Source: Nemertoderma westbladi (lineage: Eukaryota; Animalia; Xenacoelomorpha). Taken from it: a DNA stretch of 32,071 bases. A program made the translations under genes and the position numbers. Position 1 is the stretch's first letter. Each line of letters starts with the position of its first letter. Location: assembly GCA_032718475.1 (NCBI GenBank), contig JAUCBJ010004611.1, forward strand, positions 1 through 32,071. Reading direction: 5' to 3'. Shown one piece after another: positions 20,606-32,071 of the stretch. The notes beneath the pieces are model-generated. The model did not search any database. It worked only from the letters and a program-made list of their open reading frames with translations, and was not told the DNA's origin.

Positions 20606-21546
20606 GTTAGTTCGAATATCCATCAGCTCTTTCTTTCATTCATCATTAACTTTGTTCAAAATGGTAAATATACAGTTATTTATTTCTTCTGCAGTTGTTT
20701 ATGAAGCGCCTTTTCTGCTAAGGTACAAATTTGCTAGACAGGTGAAGACAAAAATGATGCACAGAAACTATTATATAATAAATATTTCGCATCGTATAAA
20801 CACGTTTTTTTATGGTCGTTTGATTCTAAACTTTAACTAACCGAGAGGAGCATTATTAAAAACAATTAAAAACTAATTGCAAACTAGACTTATCATGAAT
20901 CAATAAAATGGGTGAGTGGGTGGGTGGATTGTTTGGTACCTGCGGTATATATGTGTTTAAAAATATTATTTTAACTAATTTAACAAGAATTCATGTAAAA
21001 GTTAAACGTGGGTAACACGAATCACCGGAGGCAACAGGCAACCCGACCTGAAGGTTCCTCTCTCTTGGCTGTTACCAGAAGATATCATACAGCTAAAGTT
21101 AAATATGCTAATATTATTAGCGTTTAAAAAAATTCGTGATACAGATACTTATACCAAGTTTTACCCATGAAACTTTTGTTAATTATTAGATTTTTTTGTA
21201 AAATATAATGAATTTCAGGGGGATGAGGAGTACCAGAGGCCTATTTTATGAAGCGGGAAGTTTATGGAGGAGAAAGCAATTGTTAATTAATTCGTGACTG
21301 TTAAATACTGTAAAACTCAAACTGAATTGCCTCCCAATCTAACCGATTGCGAGCCTTTTTCTATAGAAGAATCGATGCATTCAGGAATCATAAATTAGTC
21401 AGAGAGTGTGGGGGGGGGGGGGGTGCTATTGACTAAGTCAGTAAGAAGACTTATGTGGTTACCGGTATGTGACACCGATGTTCGAGGGGTTTGTGTTTAG
21501 AGTTTAGTGTTTTAGTTAAAAGATTGGGTTGTGACATATTGTTATA

Positions 21547-22424
21547 CACCATGACCCGTAATATAGTGTCATTTTCTGATGACACGGACCCCCCCCCCCC
21601 CCCCCAGATTTTTCTACAAATCTTTATCATATAGCTTAAAATTTGAAAACCATGAAGCCGGAATTTTCGATTTCGCCTTTAAATTTTATTTATAAGCGTT
21701 TTAAAAAAGTGTCTTTTGCGAAAAATCGCACCCTCTGTATCATTGCCAATCTTCACATTAGTCTTATTTTTTCACATCAATAGAAAGCTTGCGTTGATAG
21801 GATTCCAAATATGTAGCAATATCTGAATTTCATTGAGAAACAGCTGAGAAATAGGGGTTTGGAGATTGCAAGAATTATTGTTCGCTGCAAGCCTTTTATT
21901 CTATTTAATAAATACACAAAATTCTAGAACGTGTTATTTATTTTATGAGTTGGTAGGCAACAGTGGTATTCCTATACAATATCAATATTGCGTAGCTAAT
22001 CATACATAAACAAATTGTTCCAGAATATTGTGTATTTATTAAATAGAATAAATGGCCTGCAGCGAACGATAATTCTTGCAATCTTTGAACTCCTATATCT
22101 CAGTTGTTTCTCAACGAAATTCAGACATTGTTACATATTTAGAATCCTTGCAACGCAAGCTTTCTATTGATATGAAAAAATAAGACTAATGTGAAGAATG
22201 GCAATGATACAGAGGGTGCGATTTCGCAAAAGACACTTTTTAAAACGCTTATGAATAAAATTTAAAGGCGCAATCGAAAATTCCGGCTTCATGGTATCAA
22301 CCACGGTGAGTGGAACTAGTTGTGTTTCAAATTTCAAGCAATATGATAAAGATTTGTTGAAAAATTTGGGGGGGGGGGGGGGTCCGTGTCATCAGAAAAT
22401 GACACTATATTACGGGTCATGGTG
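21547..22424. mobile_element. Palindromic MITE, TA target, copy 2 (centre inverted relative to copy 1)
   Basis: TA|CACCATGACCCGTAATATAGTG ... CACTATATTACGGGTCATGGTG|TA. Central TTTTATGAGTTGGTAG is the reverse complement of CTACCAACTCATAAAA in copy 1. Confidence 0.9.
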
Positions 22425-22520
22425 TATATATGATTTAAATAATACAATAATTATAATATTTAACCAACGTATTACTGATGTAATGTAGTGGGAGGAGGCA
22501 GAAGCAGAATACAGTCTAGT

Positions 22521-22685
22521 AAAACAGACTAACTCTAAAATAAAATATATGAAACAGACTAACTCTAAAATATAATATATAAAACAGTCTAACTCTAAAA
22601 TATAATATATAAAACAGTCTAACTCTAAAATATAATATATGAAACAGACTAACTCTAAAATAAAATATATGAAACAGTCTAAAAC
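22521..22685. repeat. 30-bp minisatellite, ~5.4 copies
   Basis: (A/G)AAACAG(A/T)CTAACTCTAAAATA(A/T)AATATAT. Confidence 0.92.
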
Positions 22686-23007
22686 TAATAAATCAGTAAT
22701 GGAATAATGTATTAAGAGACGAAATAGATAAATTGCTGAATACTCTGATTGGAATAATTTTCATGAAATTTAAGAATTTTTAAATTTCAAAATTCATTGA
22801 AATATTTCATTGATTTCCATTGAAATTTTTCACGTGAAATAATTCAAGTCTATGAATTTTTTAAACCCTAAGTATTATATAGAAGCTTGGAAGGAAACTG
22901 TACTATTATATTATTTAATTACAAGTTCTATCAGCTCAACACCAATTAATTTATTTATAAAGCTATTACCTAGAAGTGTATTAAATAAATAGCCTATGCT
23001 AGTGTCC

Positions 23008-23090
23008 GTGAACGTGGGTGAACTGGTTAGCGCTACTGATACGCGGGCTACTGAAGGTGCCTGGTTCAACCCCCGGCTTCCTGAATTTTT
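23008..23090 (+). other. Degenerate tRNA-like / SINE-head sequence
   Basis: A-box-like TGGGTGAACTGGTTA, B box GGTTCAACCCC (23063-23073) in an imperfect T stem, then TTTTT. No convincing cloverleaf. Confidence 0.3.
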
Positions 23091-23118
23091 CTACCGGTAT
23101 CATATTATATATAATGCC

Positions 23119-25601
23119 TAGGGTGGTCCTTATTTCAATGTAAAATTTAAAAGTTGTGGAAATTCTCCTCTGACCCCCCCAAGTCCTTTCTTCTGATAAA
23201 AAAACACCTTGAGTAAAATTTGAGCACAAATGATATATATTTAGAGGTAGCTCAAACACCCTGAAGTTGAGCGGTTGGACACCATTTGATCGCGCGCGCA
23301 GAATATAATGGAGTTTGCTGATATGAAGGCTTCTATTTGTTGTACAGAGTTAATTTTAGGCTTATTTGAACCGCAGTCATCGATTTAGTGGGTGTAGATA
23401 TCTTCAAAACAAGTGCTAAGCTAGTAGTTCTTGAGATATCACACAAAAGCTTAAGCCCGGCACAACTCATCAATCGATCATTCAATTGATTGCGCCTAGG
23501 TCATATAGAAATATTGGCATTAACATTTTGTAGGTCTACCTCCCTCCATCTTATTTCAGTTAATTTCTATTTTAGCATTGTCTACTAACCATTCAAAGCT
23601 ATGTTTAGTTAAAAAAAATTTATCACAACCCCATGGGAAATGCTTGCACAAGCATCACTAATTTGTGTCTAAGCGCCATTTGGTACGATATCAATAATTG
23701 GCCACAAAACTTAACTTTTGGTTAATTATATCTAGGAACTGTTCGTTTAATTTGATTTTGACTGATTTTAAGTTGCAGAATCCAAAAATCTCATCTGATT
23801 TGAATTTTAAAATATATATATACAATATAAAATATATACAACAATACTATACTGTACTTCAAAGCATATTAAAAGGATTGATAGATACAGAGTTATGTGC
23901 ATCCAGCGACCAAAAGAGTTCTAATATATATGGGAAGAAGCTTTGAACATATGCATTATATATGATTAGACAATGCTGATTCCAAATCTGATTTCAGATT
24001 TGCCCTACCCCATCACGTTTTCTCACAATTGCCAATTTCAATTCAAAAAACTTATCGCAAACGACTATGATGAGTGATGTAGATTCAAATGAGAATCAAA
24101 TATGCTCAAAATCAATCTAAAACATTGAAAGGAGCTTTGTTCATATGAATTATATATAATTAAACAATGGTGATTCCAAATCTGCTTTCAGATTTGCCAT
24201 GCTGCCATAGCATATCAAGTTTTTTCACAATTGCCAATTTGAGTTCAAATTAGTTATCGCAAACAACTGTGATGAGTGAAGTAGATTCAATAATAATCAA
24301 ATATGCTCCAAATCAATATAAAACATGAAAAAAGCTTTGTTAATTTGAGTTATATATTAAACAATGCAATCTATATGGTGAATCTGCTATCAGATTTACC
24401 ATAGCATATGTTGTAGATTGATTTGGGGGTGTATTTTATTCTTATTGAATCTACTTTCACTCAAAATAATTGTTTGCGATAAGTAATTTGAACTTAAATT
24501 GGCAATTGTAAAAAAAAACTTAATATCCTATGGCAGTATGGCAAATATGAAAGCAGATTTGGAATCAGCATTGTTTAAAAATATATAATTCATATAAACA
24601 AAGCTCCATTCAATGTTTTGGTTTGATTTTGAGCATATTTGATTCTCATTTGAATCTACGCCACTCATCACAGTCGTTTGCAATAAGTTTTTGAACTCAA
24701 AGTGGCAATTGTGAAAAAACTTGATGTGGTAGGGCAAATCTGAAATCAGATTTGGAATCAGCATTGCCTAATTATGTATAATACATATGTGCAAAGCTTC
24801 TTCCCATATATATAGTTCTCTTTTGGTCGCTGGATTCACATATCTCTGCATCTATCAATCCTTATCTTAAAATGCTTTGAAGTACAGTATAGTATTGTTG
24901 TATATCATGCACCATATCATTTTAAAATACAAATCAGATGCGATGTTTGGGTTCTGCATTTAAAATCAGTCAAAATCAAATTAAACGAACAGTTCCTAGA
25001 TATAATTAACCAAAAGTTAAGTTTTGTGGCCAATTATTGATATCGTACCAAATGGCGCTTAGACACAAATTAGTGATGCTTGTTTGTGCAAGCATTTCCC
25101 ATGGGGTTGTGATGAATTTTTTTTACTAAACATAGCTTTGAATTGTTATACAATGCTAAAATCGAGATTAACTGAAATAAGATTCAGGGAGGTAGACCTA
25201 CAAAATGTTAATGCCAATATTTCAATATGCCCTTGGCGTAATCAATTAAATGATCAATTGATGAGTTGTGCCGGGCTTAAGCTTTTGTGTGATATCTCAA
25301 GAACTACTAGCTTAGCACTTGTTTTGAAGGTATCTACACCCACTAAATCGATGATTGCGGTTCAAATAAGCCTAAAATTAACTCTGTACGACCAACAGAA
25401 GCCTTCATATCAGCAAACTCTATTAAATTCTTCGCGCGCGATCAATCGGTGTGCAGGCACTCAACTTCAGTGTATTTGAGCTACCTCTAATATTTGATGT
25501 ACATTCTTAAAATTTCGCATGTCGTATTTTTTGACGAAATGGAAACATTTGAGGGGGTCAGAGATGATAAATTCCAACCTTTCAAAATAAGGACCACCCT
25601 A
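23119..25601. mobile_element. Complete non-autonomous hAT element with large internal palindrome
   Basis: 17-bp TIR TAGGGTGGTCCTTATTT. Perfect 8-bp TSD ATAATGCC (23111-23118, 25602-25609). Inverted arms ~23241-24327 and ~24405-25490. Confidence 0.92.
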
Positions 25602-25857
25602 ATAATGCCCCTTATTTATATAATACCCCTAGATAAAATTGATAATAAATGTATTGTAAACCCCACCAATCAACTATTATTTATACAGATGTTCAGAAAT
25701 ATTTCACCTTTTAATTCCCAATTTTTGATATCTGAATCGAATTGCAATCGAATTCGTTCTGGTCTGGCGACAACTTAGCGGTGCAGGATAACATTATTAT
25801 TAAGGATGACATTATCTTATAAAATTTAGTTTCATTATTTTCCGTTTTAATTCTTGC

Positions 25858-25985
25858 TAATAAATTATTATTTAGTTTTATTTATTAATTTATTTAATTA
25901 ATATAATATTAATTAATTAATAATTAATTTAATTAATAATTAATTAAATTAATTTATTTATTAATATTATTTGTTTATTAAGTTT
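25858..25985. repeat. Nearly pure A/T low-complexity tract (TTAA/ATTA repeats)
   Basis: Base composition. Confidence 0.85.
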
Positions 25986-26288
25986 TATGTGTTAGGTTGT
26001 GTTAGAATACACAAATAATACTACTGGTATGTCTGCTGGCTTGCGGAATGTTCGTAGCATGAGTTGCAGCGTGCTTCCGATCTAGCATGGCTAGTGCGGG
26101 TTAATGCGACTTCAAACATCTCGAAACAGTAAATAGAAGACGTGAAATTATAATGTTAAATAATAAATTTCATTAGTCTAGTGTTTCTGTTGACTTTATT
26201 GATAACGACACGGCAGTAGGTGGTGTTCTTATTCGTAATGTTTATTCCTGAATATCGTTAACATACTGTTTAGTTTCTCTATACCAGA

Positions 26289-29085
26289 ACGGTACGGTAG
26301 TCCTACGGGTACACACGCCCATTACAGGCCTACCACCGCACGGTACGGTAGTCCTACGGGTACACACGCCCATTACAGGCCTACCACCGCACGGTACGGT
26401 AGTCCTACGCGAACACACGCCCATTACAGGCCTACCACCGCACGGTACGGTAGTCCTACGCGAACACACGCCCATTACAGGCCTACCACCGCACGGTACG
26501 GTAGTCCTACGCGAACACACGCCCATTACAGGCCTACCACCGCACGGTACGGTAGTCCTACGCGAACACACGCCCATTACAGGCCTACCACCGCACGGTA
26601 CGGTAGTCCTACGGGTACACACGCCCATTACAGGCCTACCACCGCACGGTACGGTAGTCCTACGGGTACACACGCCCATTACAGGCCTACCACCGCACGG
26701 TACGGTAGTCCTACGCGAACACACGCCCATTACAGGCCTACCACCGCACGGTACGGTAGTCCTACGCGAACACACGCCCATTACAAGCCTACCACCGCAC
26801 GGTACGGTAGTCCTACGCGAACACACGCCAATTACAAGCCTACCACCGCACGGTACGGTAGTCCTACGCGAACACACGCCCATTACAGGCCTACCACCGC
26901 ACGGTACGGTAGTCCTACGCGAACACACGCCCATTACAAGCCTACCACCGCACGGTACGGTAGTCCTACGCGAACACACGCCCATTACAGGCCTACCACC
27001 GCACGGTACGGTAGTCCTACGCGAACACACGCCCATTACAGGCCTACCACCGCACGGTACGGTAGTCCTACGCGAACACACGCCCATTACAAGCCTACCA
27101 CCGCACGGTACGGTAGTCCTACGCGAACACACGCCCATTACAGGCCTACCACCGCACGGTACGGTAGTCCTACGGGTACACACGCCCATTACAGGCCTAC
27201 CACCGCATGGTACGGTAGTCCTACGGGTACACACGCCCATTACAGGCCTACCACCGCACGGTACGGTAGTCCTACGGGTACACACGCCCATTACAGGCCT
27301 ACCACCGCACGGTACGGTAGTCCTACGGGTACACACGCCAATTACAGGCCTACCACCGCACGGTACGGTAGTCCTACGGGTACACACGCCCATTACAGGC
27401 CTACCACCGCACGGTACGGTAGTCCTACGGGTACACACGCCCATTACAGGCCTACCACCGCACGGTACGGTAGTCCTACGGGTACACACGCCCATTACAG
27501 GCCTACCACCGCACGGTACGGTAGTCCTACGGGTACACACGCCCATTACAGGCCTACCACCGCACGGTACGGTAGTCCTACGGGTACACACGCCCATTAC
27601 AGGCCTACCACCGCACGGTACGGTAGTCCTACGCGAACACACGCCAATTACAAGCCTACCACCGCACGGTACGGTAGTCCTACGGGTACACACGCCCATT
27701 ACAGGCCTACCACCGCACGGTACGGTAGTCCTACGGGTACACACGCCCATTACAGGCCTACCACCGCACGGTACGGTAGTCCTACGGGTACACACGCCCA
27801 TTACAAGCCTACCACCGCACGGCCCCCCATAGCCTACACACGCCCATTACAGGCCTACCACCGCACGGTACGGTAGTCCTACGGGTACACACGCCCATTA
27901 CAAGCCTACCACCGCACGGCCCCCCATAGCCTACACACGCCCATTACAGGCCTACCACCGCACGGTACGGTAGTCCTACGGGTACACACGCCCATTACAG
28001 GCCTACCACCGCACGGTACGGTAGTCCTACGGGTACACACGCCCATTACAAGCCTACCACCGCACGGTAGGGTAGTCCTACGGGTACACACGCCCATTAC
28101 AGGCCTACCACCGCACGGTACGGTAGTCCTACGGGTACACACGCCCATACAGGCCTACCACCGCACGGTACGGTAGTCCTACGGGTACACACGCCCATTA
28201 CAGGCCTACCACCGCACGGTACGGTAGTCCTACGGGTACACACGCCCATTACAAGCCTACCACCGCACGGTAGGGTAGTCCTACGGGTACACACGCCCAT
28301 TACAGGCCTACCACCGCACGGTACGGTAGTCCTACGGGTACACACGCCCATACAGGCCTACCACCGCACGGTACGGTAGTCCTACGGGTACACACGCCCA
28401 TTACAGGCCTACCACCGCACGGTACGGTAGTCCTACGGGTACACACGCCCATTACAGGCCTACCACCGCACGGTACGGTAGTCCTACGGGTACACACGCC
28501 CATTACAGGCCTACCACCGCACGGTACGGTAGTCCTACGGGTACACACGCCCATTACAAGCCTACCACCGCACGGTACGGTAGCCCTACTCGTACACACG
28601 CCCATTACAGGCCTACCACCGCACGGTACGGTAGTCCTACGGGTACACACGCCCATTACAGGCCTACCACCGCACGGTACGGTAGTCCTACGGGTACACA
28701 CGCCCATTACAAGCCTACCACCGCACGGTACGGTAGTCCTACGCTTACACACGCCCATTACAGGCCTACCACCGCACGGTACGGTAGTCCTACGGGTACA
28801 CACGCCCATTACAGGCCTACCACCGCACGGTACGGTAGTCCTACGGGTACACACGCCCATTACCTGCCTACCACCGCACGGTACGGTAGTCCTACGCGAA
28901 CACACGCCCATTACAGGCCTACCACCGCACGGTACGGTAGTCCTACGCGAACACACGCCCATTACAGGCCTACCACCGCACGGTACGGTAGTCCTACGGG
29001 TACACACGCCCATTACAGGCCTACCACCGCACGGTACGGTAGTCCTACGGGTACACACGCCCATTACCTGCCTACCACCGCACGG
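26289..29085. repeat. 51-bp GC/CpG-rich minisatellite, ~55 copies
   Basis: Unit CGGTACGGTAGTCCTACG(GGT/CGA)ACACACGCCCATTACAGGCCTACCACCGCA, head to tail with no spacers. Confidence 0.98.
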
Positions 29086-29122
29086 CCACCATAGCCGTTA
29101 TTCTGTTTTATTTTATTTCTAG

Positions 29123-29907
29123 ATACTTCAAGATGGTTGATTTTAAACCTCCAATTATTCTCGAACCTTCAAACAATCTATCTAAGATAATGTCATTGGA
29201 ATATGATCCGCACGGGACAGAAGTAAATATGACATCGAGTCTCTCATTCAACACAAACTATTCGACATTCTTTCTCGATGTCCACATGTTTTCTGGCCAA
29301 TTAACTCCTATCATTGAGTCTAGCTCATCAGGCCCAATGAAAGATCTCAATTTTGGATTCCTCAATATGGGAGAGGAGCGATTGAAAGTCGTTTCTCTGT
29401 TAAACAACAACCCTCTCCCAGTAGAAATCAACAAGGTTGTTAGCACGTTCGAGGGGTCAAAGGTCAACTATAACGGCATCCATAAGGGTGACGGTGTGTT
29501 TAATCGGCCGTTACTCAAACAACACGATGTTATTGCGGAAGAGAAGAGGATTTACATTGTTCCTCCGGGGCATTTCGCCTCCTTCTCCGTGGTCATACGA
29601 TCGCCTAAAGCGGAGGGCATCTACGCCGGCCATCTAATCTATCGGACCAATCACGAGCCCCACGGCCACATTCCAATCTACCTGCAGACCATAGCGGGCC
29701 AGGTGACCTCTCCCAGCGTGACCTTCAGACCCTCGTTCCCGGGCCGTGTCTCCTCCTACATGTTATCTCTCTCCTCCTCCTTTAAGGTTCCCATCGACGT
29801 GAGTCGCGTCACAACATTCCCGGACGATTCCCGGTTTATTTTCCATCCGTTTGATTCACCCACGTCGGGGGTTCAACAACTCCTGCCGTTGCAAAGAACT
29901 AAACTAG
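29123..29907 (+). CDS. TMEM131: TMEM131 next coding exon
   Basis: Phase-compatible acceptor. Peptide motifs TNYSTFFLDVHMFSGQL, LNFGFL, LLNNNPLPV, VPPGHFASFSV, FRPSFPGRV, DDSRF fit TMEM131 Ig-like domains. Donor TAG|GTGAGT after 29907 (phase 1). Confidence 0.87.
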
Positions 29908-32071
29908 GTGAGTTATTCGCAGTTTTATTGATTTTGAATATGAATTCACTGACACGCGTGCATTTGCTTTAAAGTATATTAATAGGGTACATTGCCGCGA
30001 CAATTGCTAATAGCTAATGTTTCCACGTCATAATAATAAGCTATTATCCCCCCCCCCCCCCCCCCTCACACCGATCATACTATTATCTACCCTCAGTAAG
30101 TCTTTGTTAGAGAACGCTTCAACGTAGATATAGAATACATTTATTATTGTTTTTTGACCCGCTCCACATAGCATATGATCACGCTGGCATATATTTAATT
30201 TAACATTACACTTCCACATCACTGCAAAGTGCAAATAGATTAATGCGAAATGTGTAAATATAATGAAGTTCATCTGATGAGTTCACAGTAAATGGTGTGG
30301 GTCGGGGTAGTAAAGTACACTCTATGTTTAACAACAAGATTATTTATAGTGGCGGTGCTGTACTTATGGGTAGACGACGGGTTGATTGTCGGTAACCAAT
30401 TCTACCAAGTTGAGAATTTATATCCGCTAATATAAACAACTCGCTCCGCACCCTACATTGTGTTCCTATCTTAATGCGTCGACCGTTGGGAGTATTAATC
30501 TGGGCTGTTTCAATTCATTATGGGGGTTTATAGAGAGGCGATGTATGTTGTAAACCCTGTCGTTGCCAAATATATGATATGATATGGGGCGGGCGGGTAC
30601 AATACAAATCGGCAATGCAGGGGATTTCCTCTCAAGGTTTATATTAATGCGAAATAAGTATATTTTTTCTTTCCAAGTAGCATTGTGTGTCCGCCGTAAT
30701 TGAGTAAATCCTTATTGTATCGGTATAGGAAAAATCAGAATAATTACTTGGCTACCACTACCACCACAGCCACTTTTATTCTACTTTACTTCATGAATGA
30801 TGGAAACTTTCATTACGAGGTGGTTTGGGTTTTATACTGGGGGCCTCTTAACGAACTTAAAGTATATTAAAGGTTTCTCGTTCGTGGGGTCATCGCTCAG
30901 TTGATTAATGTTCGGCTAAGGCTCACCTTACTTTGTGGCTCTCCTCACAAATTCAGATTAAGCAGTAATGTAATATTTTTTATACCTCGATCGAAGCTCG
31001 AAATTAAAATTGTTGATTAATATATTGAATTGTTTTAATGAGAGATTGAAAAAAAAAGAAAAAAATGAGAAAAAAAGTGTTTTTTGAAACATGACTATAC
31101 TTCTCTCTATGTTGGCTATAATTGTTGAAAATTGAATAGAATGAAAATAGAATTGTTGAATGTAATTTTTCAGACTAAAAAGTAAATCTGCGGCCAGTGT
31201 CTGTCTCTGTATTGGCTCTTTTGTCCATGGTAGTAAAAAGAGTTTGGGGCGAGTTTCGTAACTCTACTAACTCTTTGGTAACTATTTTTAATACCATTTA
31301 GAGGGCACACATAAAACGCTGAATAATTTGTAAACCTTTAAGATATTTAACTCAAACTCTGAAATACTTTGAATCAACTCACAATTCCATACCACTCGTA
31401 GGCGCAAAGTGGAAAACAGTTTGTAATTAAATAGCATTCTGGACGATCAACTAAAATATATTCGAAAAATTTTCCAAGAGTATCTGATTATAGGTCGATA
31501 TATAGGCATATATGCCTTTGACATTATTTCGGCTTCGTGTTTCAGTATGGGCACCGACACATGGTTTGTATATTATTTGCTATCTAATCTACGTAACGTA
31601 TCGAACTCTAAAAGATCTAACCATGGACATTGGTTGCACTTAGAATATTAGACAATAGATGATATTTCAATATGTCTTTTCTATCTATATATCTATCTAT
31701 CACGGAATGATTAATCTTTTGCGCTAAATCCACCAGGTCCTGTTGCTAACCAACCTTAAGTTTGGAAATAGCGCAGCTTATTTCCTCGGAAGAGGTACTA
31801 ATAATCATATATAGGGACTTATTCTACCTGATATAACGCCCATTGAAACTAACTACCTACGCCCATGACAGTCATAAATAATCCTCACCATTATAATTTA
31901 TAAAAATATTATAATAAGAACAGAATAAACATTATTAATTTTTTTTGCTCCATCCGACCACTAACACGAGCTGGGCCTTCGTGCAGCAGAAGCTGCAAGC
32001 CATCTCAGTGAACAATTATAATTACCATGGCTATTGTTAAATAGGCCTATTCTGATCTTAGCTTCCGACAT

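Larger units (their letters stand above)
20606..29122 (+). other. TMEM131: TMEM131 intron (8517 bp, GT-AG, phase 2)
   Basis: GTTAGT donor and TTTTATTTTATTTCTAG acceptor. The join AG|A gives the in-frame peptide ...PELHR-YFKMVDFKPPIILEP. Confidence 0.85.

Noticed and set aside
20606-20840. C-terminal extension of the 536-aa ORF (and 29908-29972 of the 279-aa ORF)
   Set aside because: Read-through past strong GT donors into AT-rich intron; TMEM131 resemblance stops there.
26242-29064. Minus-strand ORFs of (MGVCTRRTTVPCGGRPV)n, up to 519 aa
   Set aside because: By-product of a 51-bp (17-codon) stop-free unit. Broken by frameshifting units, antisense within an intron, and no unique protein sequence.
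26289-29085. CRISPR array
   Set aside because: No unique spacers, no cas genes, eukaryotic context.
30880-30925. tRNA-like start GGGGTCATCGCTCAGTTG (and a reverse B-box-like motif near 18920)
   Set aside because: No partner box or cloverleaf.
29908-32071. Further TMEM131 exons
   Set aside because: No convincing phase-1 acceptor with a family-like open frame seen; treated as intron, though a small exon could be missed.

Overview
AT-rich eukaryotic, most likely invertebrate-animal, genomic DNA; no prokaryotic operons, rRNA or CRISPR. One host gene is recognisable: TMEM131 (RW1) on the + strand, with a 1313-nt coding exon (19293-20605) spliced in phase across an 8.5-kb intron to a 785-nt exon (29123-29907). 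The gene continues beyond the window. The left half is a nested stack of transposons. At its core is an intact, young 5.7-kb Gypsy-like LTR retrotransposon (6639-12352, minus strand, one 1605-aa gag-pol ORF) with atypical features: CG...CG LTR termini, a 3-bp TSD, RT motif IADD and an integrase D,D(35)D triad. These resemble what I recall as the Troyka group. It sits inside an 8.1-kb TIR-bounded element with a 5-bp TSD and many palindromic subterminal boxes (6266-14340), which itself interrupts an older repeat array. Also present: a piggyBac-like TTAA MITE, a Foldback/MULE-like element inserted in a truncated hAT element, a complete hAT element with a ~1.1-kb internal inverted repeat, two palindromic TA-target MITEs flanking the large TMEM131 exon, and a 2.8-kb 51-bp hairpin-unit minisatellite abutting a splice acceptor. 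All coordinates and counts were read by eye.
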